Positions 50,653-62,241 of a stretch of DNA of 64,000 nt are shown piece by piece; the first letter of the stretch is position 1; each line of letters starts with the position of its first letter. Made by a program: the position numbers and the translations under genes. The DNA is from an uncultured Actinomycetota bacterium (GTDB taxonomy: Bacteria > Actinomycetota > UBA4738 > HRBIN12): NCBI GenBank assembly GCA_963733635.1, contig CAVTEH010000009.1, positions 64,873-128,872 on the forward strand, written 5' to 3'. The notes beneath the pieces were generated by a model. That model ran no database searches. It saw only the letters and a program-made list of their open reading frames with translations, and had not been told where the DNA came from.

Positions 50653-51765
50653 AAGGGCAAGCTCCGGCCTCGGCGTCCGCCCGGACATCGACGAGAGCCG
50701 GTCCAGCACCCCTCGCAGCTGCAGGTCGAAGTCATGCGGGTTGGTGGCGGCGCGTCGAGCGTCGTCCTCGGTGACGAGCCCTTCGTTCACGAGCTTCACC
50801 AGGGACTGATCGAAGGTCTGCATGCCGTAGAACTCGCCCCCCGAGATCACATCCACGATCTGGTCGGTGATGTTGCATCGACGATCCGGTCGAACACTCG
50901 CCCGGTGTTCACCAGCACCTCCACGGTCGGCACACGGCCCTTGCCGTCCGCCTTGGCGACCAGGCGCTGCGACACGATGCCGCGCAACGACCCGGCGAAC
51001 GAGGTGCGCACCTCCTTCTGCTGGGTGGGCGGGAACAGGTCCAGGATCCGGTTGATGGTCTCCATGCAGTCGATCGTGTGCAGCGTGGAGATGACCAGGT
51101 GCCCGGTCTCGGCCGCCTGGATCGCGCTCAGGGCGGAGTCGCCGTCACGGATCTCACCGACGAAGATCACATCGGGGTCTTGGCGGATCACGTGCTTCAG
51201 CGCGTTGGCGTAGCTGTCGGTGTCGATCCCGATCTCGCGCTGCTGCACGATCGAGAGCACGTCGTCGTGCACGACCTCGATCGGATCCTCGATCGTGACG
51301 ATGTGCGCTCGGCGCGACCGGTTGATGTGTCCGATCATCGAGGCGATCGTCGTGGTCTTGCCGGTCCCGGTCGGGCCGGTGATCAGTACCAGACCGCGCG
51401 GCGAGTCGGCCAGCGTCTCCATGACCGAGGGCAGCCGCAGCTCGTCGAACGTCGGCACCTCGCTGCGCACCCGACGGATCGCGAGCCCCACGACACCGCG
51501 CTGGCGGAACACGTTGACGCGGAAGCGCCCGACGCCGGTCAAGCGTCGTTCCCAGGTCGGACTCGCTGGTCTCCTCGAACTCCCGCTTCTTGTGCTCGGA
51601 CATCAGCGCGTAGGCGAATGTCTCGGTGTCCGCTGGGGTGAGCACGTCGAACTCCGTGGGCGCCAGCGCCCCGTCGACGCGGATGAACGGCACGTTCCCG
51701 ACCTTCAGATGTAGGTCGCTGGACCCGCGTTCCACGGCGAACCGGAGGAGCTCGTCGATCTCCAT
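50649..51765 (-). CDS. pilT: PilT/PilU-family type IV pilus retraction ATPase (frameshifted)
   Basis: SDLHLKVG..P, RFRVNVFRQRG, GPTGTGKTT, TIEDPIE, RQDPDVIFVGEIRD, AAETGHLV.STLHT, GMQTFDQSL. Confidence 0.9.
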
Positions 51766-51835
51766 GTCCTGACCATCGGTTCCCGCACGGACCCGACCTG
51801 AGCTCTGCGACCCCCCTGCCCATAGAATCCCCGCG

Positions 51836-52371
51836 ATGGGCGACGAACTAGCCACCCCCCGACCAGGTTCCGCCGCCTCGTCCGCGTCGCCGGCGGCGGC
51901 GCGCGCAAGCCCAGCGAAGACCGATCAAGCCGCGCGCAGCCCCCCCGTCGCAGAAGGAGGTGTCGGCGGGCGGAGTCGGTGTACCGCCGCAAGGCGATCT
52001 GATCGAGGTCGTGCTGGCGTCGCGCCGGACGCGCCGTGGCCAGCTGGCGTGGGGCCTGGCCAAGGGCGGCATCGAGGAAGGCGAGAGCCACGAACAGGCC
52101 GCCGTCCGCGAGGTCCAGCGAGGAGACCGGCTACGTCGCCGAGATCGAGGCTTCGCTCGGGCGAGACCAAGTACTTCTACGTCTGGGAAGACACGCGGAT
52201 CCGCAAGACGGTGCATTTCTTCCTGATGCGATGCACCGGCGGAGATCCAGGTGAACGCGACGACGAGATGGAAGAGATCCGCTGGTTCCCGATCGATCGT
52301 GCGTTGAAGCGCGCCGCCTATCGCGGTGAGCGCGACGTGCTCGCAGCGGGCCGCCGACATGCTCGCGATGA
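51836..52371 (+). CDS. NUDIX hydrolase (Rv3908/MutT4-like), frameshifted
   Basis: SAGGV, WGLAKGGIEEGES..QAAVREV.EETG, IRKTVHFFLMR. Confidence 0.88.
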
Positions 52372-53150
52372 CGCTGTTCGAGGCCGCGATCGGTGTCGTG
52401 GTGGGGTTCGCGTCAGGCGTCCTCAGCGGGCTGTTCGGCGTGGGGGGTGGCATCGTGATGACGCCCGGCATCCAGGTGCTGCTGGGTGCCAGGCCGATCG
52501 TGGCATTGGCCACTCCGCTGCCGGCCATCCTTCCCACCGCACTCACGGGTGCCTTCACCTACCACCGTGCGGGACAGGTGGACGTGCGCGCCGCCGCGTG
52601 GATGGTGGGCCCCGGGATCCTCGCCGCGGTGGCGGGCGCAGCGCTTACCGACGTGGTCGACACCCACGTCCTGCTGGTGGTCACCGCGGTGCTCCTCGCC
52701 TGGCAAGCGGTGGGCATCCTGCGAGGCGCTCGCGTCCGCTCGGAAGCCGACCAGGACCAGGACGCTCCAGGGAGCATCCCGTGGAAGCTGCTGCTGATCG
52801 GGCTCGCGGCGGGGTTCGTCAGCGGCCTGCTGGGCATCGGCGGGGGCTTGATCATGGTGCCGCTGATGGTGGGGTGGCTCGGCATGCCGTTGAAGCGGGC
52901 GCTCGGCACCTCCCTGCTCGCGATCGTCGCGCTAGTGATCCCTGGCACCCTGGTGCATCTGGCGCTCGGACACATCGACTGGACGATCTTCCTGGTGGTC
53001 ACGCTCGGCGCAGTGCCCGGCGCCAGGGTTGGGGCTTCCCTGGCGCTCGGCACGCGCGAACGTACGCTCCGGCTGATGGTGGGCTCGTTCCTGCTGGTGG
53101 TGGCGCTGCTGTACGGCGGCACCGAGCTCGCCGCGCTCCTTCGGGGCTGA
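52368..53150 (+). CDS. Sulfite exporter TauE/SafE family protein
   Basis: Duplicated SGLFGVGGG / SGLLGIGGG motifs; ALGTSL. Confidence 0.9.
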   Translation: MTLFEAAIGVVVGFASGVLSGLFGVGGGIVMTPGIQVLLGARPIVALATPLPAILPTALTGAFTYHRAGQVDVRAAAWMVGPGILAAVAGAALTDVVDTHVLLVVTAVLLAWQAVGILRGARVRSEADQDQDAPGSIPWKLLLIGLAAGFVSGLLGIGGGLIMVPLMVGWLGMPLKRALGTSLLAIVALVIPGTLVHLALGHIDWTIFLVVTLGAVPGARVGASLALGTRERTLRLMVGSFLLVVALLYGGTELAALLRG

Positions 53151-53180
53151 AGTCCCGGTCGCTACGATGGGGCTGCTGGC

Positions 53181-55262
53181 ATGAGCATCCACCGAGCCGT
53201 CCGCGCACTCCTGGCATCGCTGATCGTGATGGGGGCATGCACCGTGTCGTGGCTCGGCGCTCCGGCGCTGGCCCAGGGAACCATCGTGCAGCTCATCCTC
53301 GTCTCCCAGACCGCGATCACCACGCACGACGAACCGCTCTTGACGATGACGGTGCAGGCAACCAACGCCGGCGAAACCACGATCGATGACCTCTCGCTGG
53401 GGATCTCGATCGGCGAGAAGATCTCGTCGCGTTTCGTGTACGAGCAGTCCCTGGTGGAGGGGCCGGGGACGGCGATCTTCGTCACGACCGAGCCACAAGC
53501 GGAGTCCCTCGAACCAGGCCAGCAGCGCCTGATCGATGTCGAGCTCAACATGCTCGAACAGGTGCCCGAGATCACCAACGAGCTCGACTCGGCGGTCTAC
53601 CCCGCGCAGATCGACATCCGCGCGGACGGGGTCGTGCAGGCTGCGCTGAACACGCCGCTGATCCACTTGGTGCGCACCCCCGATCGACCGATGCGGTTGT
53701 CGTGGTGGACCGAGATCACCGGCCCGATCGCGTTCGATCCCGAGGGCAGACTCGAACGACCGCTCGATCGAGGCATCGGTCGCGCCCGAAGGCACCCTGG
53801 GCGCCCAGGCCGCCGCGCTCCAACGCCTCGTCGAAGACCCAGACCTACAAGGCCCGATGGACATCTCCGTGCGAACCCGCCCTCCTGGACCAGCTCCGAC
53901 GCATGGCCGGTGGCTATGAGCGGGCCGACGGCTCGGTCGGTGGAAGAGGACCAGCGGCCGGCAACCGACGCCGCCACCGTGCTCGAGATCCTCAGCGGCG
54001 TCGCGGCCGATCCTGACGTCCAGATCGCCGCCATGCCGTTCGCTGCCCCCCTGATGCCGGCGATGTTGGCGGGCGGTCTTTCCGGCGACCTCGACGAGCA
54101 ACGAGCGCTGGGCGACGAAACGGTTGAGGAGCTGCTCGGGCGCCAACCGGTGACATCGTTCGAGCGACCGCCCTCGGGCGCGATCGATGACGCCACCCTG
54201 GACGATCTCGCGATCCGCGGCGTCGGTGCGGTCTTGGCCAACGCTGATGCGGTGGACCGAACCGCCCAGCTCAACGACTTCTCCCCGTTGCCGGTCGCCA
54301 GCTTCACGCTGCCGTCGGGCTCGTCTTTGGACATGGTGCTGCCCGACCCCGAAGTGCAGGCGCTGCTGGCCGATCCGGTCTTGCTGGGCGACCCGGTGCG
54401 TGGGGCCCAGGCGGTGTTGGGAGAGCTCGCGACGATCTGGCGGGAGCAGCCGGTGCCGGCCGAACAGCCTGACGGGACCGAGACCGTCCGCGGCGTGGCC
54501 GTGGCGCTGGCGGCCTCCTTGCCCCCCGGCATGTGGGGTCCCATGACGCGCCGGCTCGCCGACGCTCCGTTCCTGGTGCCGACGCACGCCCAGGATTTCG
54601 TCGAAACGGTGAACCCGGTGCAGCCGGCGGATGTGCTCGCGACGCCGTCGCCGGCGCGGTTCGACCGAGACGTTCGTCGGGCAGATCCGCGACGAACGCC
54701 GGGACGTCGAGGCCTATCGTTCGATGCTCCCCGAAGGATCCGACGCTCCCCGACCCGCTCCGCCGTGATCTGCTGTACGCCGAAGCCGGCGACTACCTGG
54801 ACGATGTGGACGACGTGATCGCCGGCCCGTCGCTGGATCGACCACGTGAACCTGGTCACGGACGAGGTGTTCACGCGCGCGCTGCCGGCGGAGGCACAGG
54901 CGTTCACGCTCACGTCCGGTCGGGGCCAGGTGCCGCTGCGGATGGGCGACCCCGGCGAAACACCCCTGACGGTCTTGATCCAGCTGCGATCGTCCCAGTT
55001 CGAGTTCCCTGACGGGAACGAACAGACGGTGACCTTGCGAGAGCCCGACCAGATCGTCACGTTCACCGTGCAGGCCAAGACCTCGGGCACGCAGACGATC
55101 CGCATGAGGACGAGGGCACCGTCAGGGCGCCCGCTCGATGAACGGAACCTGGCTGTGCGCACCACCGCGGTCAACTCGATCGCGCTCGTGATCACCGGCG
55201 CAGCGGGGCTGCTGCTCGTCGTCCTGTGGTCCAGGAGGTACATCCGACGCCCGAGATCGTGA
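53181..55262 (+). CDS. DUF6049-like (Rv3909-like) secreted protein with C-terminal TM, frameshifted
   Basis: Signal peptide, VYP..I, FTLTSGRGQVP, C-terminal TM. Conserved position between NUDIX and murJ. Confidence 0.7.
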
Positions 55263-56908
55263 CGCCGCCACCGGCCGAGCTGCCGGAACAAGACTCGCGC
55301 GCCGCCTACGCGCGCAACACCGCGGTGATGACTGTCGGCACGACGCTGTCCCGCATCACGGGCTACCTCAGGATCGCGGCTCAGACGGCGGCGCTCGGGG
55401 TCACCGTCAGCTCGCTCGGCGACACCTACCTGCGCGCCAACATCACGCCGAACATCGTCTACGAGCTGATCCTGGGCGGGATCTTGACCTCGGTCTTCGT
55501 GCCCGTGTTCGTGGAGTGGCGGCATGCGCACGGGGCGGATGCGGCATGGGACGTGGGACGCCGAGTCATGACGCTGGCCCTGGTCGTGCTCGGGCTCGTG
55601 ACCGCCATCGGCATTATCTTCGCGCCGCAGATCATGGGCCTGTACCTGGCGTTCTCGACGGCGCCCGACCGTCAGGAACAGATCGAGCTGGGGGCATACC
55701 TGCTGCGATGGTTCATGCCCCAGATCGTCTTCTACGGGATCGGGGCCATCGCCGGCGGACTGCTGACCGCCGAGCGCCGGTTCGCCCCGCCGATGTTCAC
55801 CCCCATCCTGAACAACCTGGTCGCGATCGCGGCGTTCCTGGGATACGCCGCCGTCCTGAGCGGTTCGGATCCGTCGGTCAACGGCATCACATCCACCGAG
55901 AAGCTGATCCTGGGCGCGGGCACCACGCTCGGCGTCGTGGCGATGACGGTGGCGCTCTGGCCGTCGCTTCGCTCGCTGGGCTTCCGGTGGCGGCTCACCT
56001 TCGGGTGGGCACACCCTGCGGTGCGGCGGCTGATCAGGTTGTCCGCGTGGGTCATCATCTACGTGGCCGCGAACCAGGTCGCGTTCCTGGTGGTGAACCT
56101 GCTGGCCGGAGACATCGGCAGGGCTCGGTTCCAGATCTACGCGACCGCGTTCATCATCTTCTCCTTGCCGTACGCGATCTTCGGCGTCTCGATCTTCACG
56201 GCGCTGCTCCCCGGCATGTCGGGGCAGTGGACCGGTGGGCACCGCGACGGCGTGGTGACGCTGCTCTCCCGCGGCCTGCGCGACACGATCGTCGCGATCG
56301 TGCCCGCGGCCGTGGCGTACCTGCTGATCGCGGGCCCCATCGTCGCGCTCTTGTTGGAGTACGGGTACGCCGACCAAACCGACGTCGAGCTGATCGCTCG
56401 CACCCTGCAGGGATTCGCGGTCGGGCTCCCGTTCTTCGCGGTCTTCCAACTGGTGACACGAACCTTCTATGCCACCCAGGACAGCCGCACGCCTGCGCTC
56501 ATCAACGTCGGCGCTGCGGTGGTGACGATCTCGGTCGATGTCGTCCTGGTAGGGGCGGTGGGCTGGGACGTGCCGGCGTTGGCGCTGGGCCATGCTGCCT
56601 CCTACCTGTTCGCCACCGCGCTCGGTCTCGCGATGCTGCGACCTCGCCTCGGATCCTTGGACGGAGCCCGCATCTGGGGCACGATCGGACGGGTGATCCC
56701 CGCGTCGATCGTGATGGGTGGCGCCGCGTGGCTCGTCGCGACCGGTATCGACCAGGTCGTCGACACCCAGGCCGTGCTCGGCCGCGCACTCCAGGTCGGT
56801 ATGGCAACGGCCGCGGGGCTCGGGATCTACCTGGGTGCGGCGCTCATGTTGCGTATCCAAGAGGTCGAAGAGGTCAAGAGCGCGATCCGAAGGAGGTTCC
56901 GCTCGTGA
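55259..56908 (+). CDS. murJ: Lipid II flippase
   Basis: GTTLSRITGYLR, AN..PNIVYELILGGILTSVFVP, FMPQIVFYG, RTFYATQDSRTP. Confidence 0.95.
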   Translation: MTPPPAELPEQDSRAAYARNTAVMTVGTTLSRITGYLRIAAQTAALGVTVSSLGDTYLRANITPNIVYELILGGILTSVFVPVFVEWRHAHGADAAWDVGRRVMTLALVVLGLVTAIGIIFAPQIMGLYLAFSTAPDRQEQIELGAYLLRWFMPQIVFYGIGAIAGGLLTAERRFAPPMFTPILNNLVAIAAFLGYAAVLSGSDPSVNGITSTEKLILGAGTTLGVVAMTVALWPSLRSLGFRWRLTFGWAHPAVRRLIRLSAWVIIYVAANQVAFLVVNLLAGDIGRARFQIYATAFIIFSLPYAIFGVSIFTALLPGMSGQWTGGHRDGVVTLLSRGLRDTIVAIVPAAVAYLLIAGPIVALLLEYGYADQTDVELIARTLQGFAVGLPFFAVFQLVTRTFYATQDSRTPALINVGAAVVTISVDVVLVGAVGWDVPALALGHAASYLFATALGLAMLRPRLGSLDGARIWGTIGRVIPASIVMGGAAWLVATGIDQVVDTQAVLGRALQVGMATAAGLGIYLGAALMLRIQEVEEVKSAIRRRFRS

Positions 56909-57322
56909 AGCGGACGTTGGAGCTCCATCGAGACCAGCGTGGTCTGGTCGGCAAGGTCATGATCGTCTGGCTGCTCCTGGTGGCCGTGCTCGCGGTGGGC
57001 GCGGTCGACGCAGGCTCCATCGCCTTCACGACCTTCAAGCTCTCGAGCGTGGCGACGGAAGCCGCCATCGACGGCGCCGCCGAGCTCCGGCAGGGCGGCG
57101 TCGGCGCAGATGAGGCGTGCGAGGTGGCCCGCGCCACCGTGGAAGCGATGCAGGCCGACCTGAAGATGGGGAAGAAGTTCTGTGAGGTGGACCTGACCAC
57201 CGGTCGAGCTCTCGGTGACGTTGCGGTCGACGGCCGGTACCGTGCTCATCGGAAGGCTGTCGTTCACGAAGCACTACGCGATCGTCGTCGAATCCCAGAC
57301 CCACGGCCCTCCCGACGTATAG
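56905..57322 (+). CDS. Pilin-like (class III signal peptide; TadE/TadG-like) protein, frameshift near 57210
   Basis: HRDQRG|LVGKVMIVWLLLVAVLAVGAVDAG..; A.EAA..GA; two Cys. Confidence 0.55.
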
Positions 57323-57331
57323 CGTCACCTC

Positions 57332-57952
57332 GTGAGCCTGTCTGAACCCGACGAGGAACTGGTTCGACGAGCCGCCGGAGGCGACCAGACGGCGTTCGCG
57401 GATCTCGTGCGGCGCCATCAGGACCGTGTGTACAGGTTGTGCCTGCGCATCATGGGCGATCCCGACGACGCCCACGACGCCGCGCAGGACACCTTCGTGT
57501 CGCTGTTCCGCAAGCTGGACCAGTTCCGCGGCGAGGCGGCGTTCACCACGTGGCTGCATCGCGTCGGCGTGAACGCCTGTTACGACATCCTGCGCCGCAA
57601 GAAGCGTCAACCTCTGCTGCATGCGGTCAGTGATCGGGACGGGGCACCCCCCGAGCCGGGCCCGCCCGCCGCCGATCACGCCGACGAGGTCGTCGGCACG
57701 CGGGACGCGGCGAAGGCCCTGGCGCAGATCCCGGAGGAATTCCGCATGGTGTTGGTCCTGGCCGACGTGCAGGACCTGCCCTACGAGGAGATCGCGAAGG
57801 TCCTCGACATCCCGGTCGGCACCGTGAAATCGCGGGTGCATCGCGGCAGGCTCGCGCTCGCGAAGGCGATGGGGCTCGCACCGGCCGCCCCCACAGCATC
57901 CGGTGCGAGGGAACCCGCCGGCACGGTAGAGGCGTCGGAGGAGTCACCGTGA
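57332..57952 (+). CDS. sigM: ECF RNA polymerase sigma factor (SigM-like)
   Basis: [49 protein letters not shown]. Syntenic with murJ-trxB. Confidence 0.85.
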   Translation: MSLSEPDEELVRRAAGGDQTAFADLVRRHQDRVYRLCLRIMGDPDDAHDAAQDTFVSLFRKLDQFRGEAAFTTWLHRVGVNACYDILRRKKRQPLLHAVSDRDGAPPEPGPPAADHADEVVGTRDAAKALAQIPEEFRMVLVLADVQDLPYEEIAKVLDIPVGTVKSRVHRGRLALAKAMGLAPAAPTASGAREPAGTVEASEESP

Positions 57953-58723
57953 CCCATCCCACCGAACAGCTCGCTGCCTTCGTGTCCGGCGCCCTCGCGC
58001 CGGACGAACGCGGTGACATCGAGGCGCACCTTGCGGGCTGTGCTGCATGCAGCGGTGAAGTGGCAGCGTCGGTGGCCGCACGCGAGGCGCATCCGGTCGA
58101 TGGCGATGGACACCGCGGCCACACCAGGCGACCTCGGAGCGCCGGCCATGGCCGAGATGCGCAGGGCCACCACGTCCGGCCCGCCCGCGTGGGTCCGATA
58201 CACCCCGTGGCTCGCCGCCGCCGCGGTGGTCGTGGGGCTGCTCGCGGTCACGCTCCCGAACATCGGCTCCAGCAGCAACGACTCCGGTGGCATCGCCGCC
58301 CAAGACTCGGCACCGTCGGAGACTGTGGCGCCCCAGGACCTCCGCCTGGAGATCGTGGACCAGGATCTCGACACCGCCTCATTGGAAGCCGCAGCGGACG
58401 CGTTCGCCAGGGGGGAAAGGACCGCGGACCCGAACGCGACCGCTGGCGCCGTCGAAGCTGCAACGCCCGTGGGCTCACAGCCGCCGTTCGCTCTGGCGAG
58501 CAGGTCTCGTTCGAACCGCGCGCTCGAGTGCTTGCGGACCGCGTTCCCTGGCTTCCCGGGCACGCCGGTTCGCTTGGTGAGCGCATCCTTCCAGGGACAG
58601 CAGGCTTTCTTCGCGTATGTGGTGGAGGGACCCGGTGCGGACCAGCCTGCAGATCGGGTGAGCATCTGGGTCGCCTCGGCGAGCGGCTGCTCGAGCCTGG
58701 CGCTCACGTCGGCTGCGCTGTAG
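57949..58723 (+). CDS. Zinc-finger (HxxxCxxC) anti-sigma factor, single TM (frameshift near 58085)
   Basis: [26 protein letters not shown]. Follows the sigma gene. Confidence 0.85.
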
Positions 58724-58836
58724 CAGGGTTCGTGCTCGTCGCTTCCGGGAACAACGCGGAAGGCCTGCAACGTTCACATGCTCGACGGAGACCCACTCTG
58801 AGAGGATTCCTGCGAACAGCACCGAGGAAGAGAGAC

Positions 58837-59778
58837 ATGACCGACGTCCGCAACGTGATCGTGATCGGATCAGGCCCTGCCGGCTACACCGCCGCGTTGT
58901 ACGCCGCCCGGGCCAACCTGGAACCGCTGGTCCTGAAGGGCATGGAAGCGGGCGGCCAGCTGATGCTCACGACCGACGTCGAGAACTACCCGGGCTACGT
59001 CGACGGCATCATGGGCCCGGAGATGATGGAAGCCTTCGAGAAGCAGGCGGCGCGGTTCGGCGCCGAGATCCTGCCCGTGCACGTGACCTCGGTGGACCTG
59101 TCCTCGCGACCGTTCACCGTCCAGGCGGGTGACCAAACGTGGCAGGCGAAGACCCTGATCGTCGCCACCGGCGCCAGCGCCAAGTGGCTCGGCATCCCGG
59201 GTGAGGAACAGCTCCGCGGGCGTGGGGTCAGTGCATGCGCCACCTGTGACGGATTCTTCTTCCGCGATCGCGAGCTGGTGGTCGTGGGGGGCGGTGACTC
59301 CGCCATGGAAGAGGCCACGTTCCTGACGAAGTTCGCGTCGAAGGTGACGATCGTTCATCGGCGAGATGAGTTCCGAGCGTCCAAGATCATGCAGGATCGT
59401 GCGCTCGCCAACCCCAAGATCGAGGTCATCTGGAACGCGGTCCCTGTGGAGATCCTGGGCGAGGACGCGGTGACCGGCGTGCGCTTGCGCGACACGGTCA
59501 CGGACGAAGAGCGAGACCTCCGGACCGATGGCGTGTTCATGGCGATCGGGCACACGCCTAACACCGCGTTGTTCGCCGATGCGCTCGACGTCGACGAAGG
59601 TGGCTACATCCTGGTGAACGAGCCGCGCACCGCCACCAGCCTGGAAGGCATCTTCGCGGCGGGCGACGTGACCGACACGATCTACAAACAGGCCGTGACC
59701 GCGGCCGGACAAGGGTGCAAGGCAGCGATCGACGCCGAACGGTTCCTGGAGGAAGAGCGGCACGCGACCGCTTCCTGA
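58837..59778 (+). CDS. trxB: Thioredoxin-disulfide reductase
   Basis: [32 protein letters not shown]. Confidence 0.97.
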   Translation: MTDVRNVIVIGSGPAGYTAALYAARANLEPLVLKGMEAGGQLMLTTDVENYPGYVDGIMGPEMMEAFEKQAARFGAEILPVHVTSVDLSSRPFTVQAGDQTWQAKTLIVATGASAKWLGIPGEEQLRGRGVSACATCDGFFFRDRELVVVGGGDSAMEEATFLTKFASKVTIVHRRDEFRASKIMQDRALANPKIEVIWNAVPVEILGEDAVTGVRLRDTVTDEERDLRTDGVFMAIGHTPNTALFADALDVDEGGYILVNEPRTATSLEGIFAAGDVTDTIYKQAVTAAGQGCKAAIDAERFLEEERHATAS

Positions 59779-59850
59779 GAGGGAATCAACGCGACGACGC
59801 GGAACGTTGTAGAAGCAGACGATCATGCTCGACGCAAGGAGCGCAACGAG

Positions 59851-60177
59851 ATGAGCAACCTCGGAGATGTGAACGACCAGGAGTTCCAGACGTCGGTGCT
59901 GGATTCCGAGACGCCCGTGCTGGTGGATTTCTGGGCCGAGTGGTGCGTGCCGTGCCACATGGTCTCGCCGGCCGTGGAAGAGATCGGACAGGAGAAGGGC
60001 GAGGACCTCAAGGTGGTCAAGCTCAACATCGACGACAACCCGCAGGCCACCCGGACCTACGGGGTCATGAGCATCCCGTCGCTGATCCTGTTCAAGGGCG
60101 GACAGGAAGTGACGCGTGTCATCGGGGCCAAGCCGAAGGATGCGATCCTCCGCGACCTCGAACCGCACCTGAGCTGA
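59851..60177 (+). CDS. trxA: Thioredoxin
   Basis: VDFWAEWCVPCH, GVMSIPSL. Confidence 0.95.
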   Translation: MSNLGDVNDQEFQTSVLDSETPVLVDFWAEWCVPCHMVSPAVEEIGQEKGEDLKVVKLNIDDNPQATRTYGVMSIPSLILFKGGQEVTRVIGAKPKDAILRDLEPHLS

Positions 60178-60270
60178 TCCATCTGATCGAGTTGGCCGAT
60201 CGCGCGGGCCGCGCCCCGCGGCCGCGCACGACGGTTGCCGCTCTTCCCACCGGCACCGCACACTGGCCCG

Positions 60271-61308
60271 GTGCGTATCTTCCGACTCGGAGACGCCGGA
60301 CCCGAGGTCGGCGATATCCAGGACCGTCTCTGCGCGCTCGGCGCCTCGATCGATGACGCCGAACGCGGTGGAACCTTCGGGACTTCCACCGACGCCGCCG
60401 TTCGTGCATTCCAAGGTGACCGGCTCCTCCGCGTGGATGGGCTCGTGGGTCCGGACACATGGGGACAGCTGGTCGAGGCCGGGTACCGCCTGGGCGATCG
60501 AACCCTCTACCTCCACTCCCCGCTTCATCGCGGGGACGACGTTCGAACGCTCCAGCGCAAGCTGAACGTCCTCGGGTTCGACGCCGGCCGGGAGGACGGT
60601 CTGCTCGGACGGAACACCGACCGTGCGGTCAGGGAGTTCCAGCGGAACGTCGGCCAGGAACCTGACGGGATCGTCGGGCTCCACACGATCTCCACCCTGG
60701 AACGCATGCGTCCGGACGAGCGAGGGCCGAGCCGTGCCGTGGTCCGGGAGGCGGAGGAGCTGAGCCAGAGGCCGGCATCCGGACGCGGACAGATCGTGGC
60801 GATCGACGGCGGTGCGGCGGACGCACTCGAAGCGGGTGACGTGGTGGTGAGAGACATCGCGCTCGCTATCGCCGACCACCTGGCGATGGTGGGCTGCAAG
60901 CCGGCGACCCTGGGAGGTGAGCCCGGTGCGCAGTCCCAGGCTTCGGACCGAGCCAGGGAAGCCAACTCGCTCGGAGCCACCATGTGCATCTCCCTGCACC
61001 TCGCGAGTGGATCGCCGGATGCCTCCGGCCCCACATGCTCCTACTTCGGGAGCGCCACCACGCACTCCCCCGCCGGCATGTTGCTGGCTCAGCTGATCTT
61101 GGACGAGCTCGAAGGCCAGCTGGGCGTCCACGGACGGTTGCAGCGTTTGACCGGGGCCATGCTGCGGGAAACACGCATGCCGGCGGTGCAGATCGAGCCG
61201 GCGTTCATCACGAACGAGTCGGAGGCCGCTCGGCTGGCCGACCCGGCCCACCGGCGACGGATCGCACGGGCGATCGCGTCCGGGGTGCAGCGCTTCTTCA
61301 GCGAGTAG
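60271..61308 (+). CDS. CwlM-like peptidoglycan-binding + Amidase_3 domain protein
   Basis: AVRAFQ..R.L.VDG.VGP.TW..L.EAGY.LGDRTLY; RAREAN; ISLH; LRETRMPAVQIEP. Confidence 0.88.
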   Translation: MRIFRLGDAGPEVGDIQDRLCALGASIDDAERGGTFGTSTDAAVRAFQGDRLLRVDGLVGPDTWGQLVEAGYRLGDRTLYLHSPLHRGDDVRTLQRKLNVLGFDAGREDGLLGRNTDRAVREFQRNVGQEPDGIVGLHTISTLERMRPDERGPSRAVVREAEELSQRPASGRGQIVAIDGGAADALEAGDVVVRDIALAIADHLAMVGCKPATLGGEPGAQSQASDRAREANSLGATMCISLHLASGSPDASGPTCSYFGSATTHSPAGMLLAQLILDELEGQLGVHGRLQRLTGAMLRETRMPAVQIEPAFITNESEAARLADPAHRRRIARAIASGVQRFFSE

Positions 61309-61433
61309 CTCGGGCCAGCAGTCGAAGCACAACTCCCAACACGATGCCGAGACGGATGGCCCGGATCGCGCGTTGAGGCTCGCTGGGAGGGGCCGGGACG
61401 GATCGGTTCAACACGGGGCCTATGCTACGCGCG

Positions 61434-62192
61434 ATGTCAGGAAGGGTCGTCTTGATCACCGGTGGGGCCGGCGGTATGGGACGTGCGATCGCGTCTCGGT
61501 TCCTCGCCTTGGGCGATGTCGTGATGCTGGCCGACCACGATGAGGTCGCTCTCACCGACGCCGCCCGCGCGTTGCCCGATGTCGACACCGTGCACACCGA
61601 CGTCACGCGGCTCGAGGACTGCGAACGGATGGTGTCGACCACAGCTGCGCGCCACGGAGGTCTGGATGTGCTGGTGTGCGCAGCGGGCGTATGGGTCGAG
61701 GGTCCCACGGTGGAGATGACCGAGGATCAGTGGGATCACACGATCGACGTCAACCTGAAAGGCACGTTCTTCTCATGCAGGTTCGCGATCCCGGAGCTGA
61801 TCGGTCGTGAGGGTGTCATCGTCGTCATCGCCAGTGACTACGGGTTGGTCGGAGGTCCCGGCGCCGCGATCTACAACGCGTCCAAGTTCGGTGTGAACGG
61901 CATCGTGCGGTCCCTGGCGCTGGAGCTCGCTCCGCACGGCATGCGCGTGAACAGCCTGTGCCCAGCCGACGTCGACACGCCGATGTTGGCCGGTCAGGCG
62001 CGCGAGTACGGAGGAGGCGACGAGCAGCGCTACCTCGACGGGTTGCGGTCCACGCTCCCTCAGGGGGAACGGGCACGGTTCATCCGCCCGGACGAGATCG
62101 CCTCGGCGGTCGCGTTCCTCGTCTCCGACGATGCAGCCTCCATCAACGGTGCCTGCCTGCCGATGGAATGGGGCGTCACCGCGGGGTACTGA
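61434..62192 (+). CDS. SDR-family oxidoreductase
   Basis: TGGAGGMG, YNASK, RVNSLCP. Confidence 0.92.
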   Translation: MSGRVVLITGGAGGMGRAIASRFLALGDVVMLADHDEVALTDAARALPDVDTVHTDVTRLEDCERMVSTTAARHGGLDVLVCAAGVWVEGPTVEMTEDQWDHTIDVNLKGTFFSCRFAIPELIGREGVIVVIASDYGLVGGPGAAIYNASKFGVNGIVRSLALELAPHGMRVNSLCPADVDTPMLAGQAREYGGGDEQRYLDGLRSTLPQGERARFIRPDEIASAVAFLVSDDAASINGACLPMEWGVTAGY

Positions 62193-62241
62193 AGGGCAGC
62201 AGGCCGGTCGATGAAGGCGCTGCTACCCTGAGCCTCTTCCC

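Noticed and set aside
53597-61332. Very long antisense ORFs (53597-56860, 58870-61332; also 25817-27559)
   Set aside because: Shadow frames of real genes in high-GC DNA, with no recognisable motifs.
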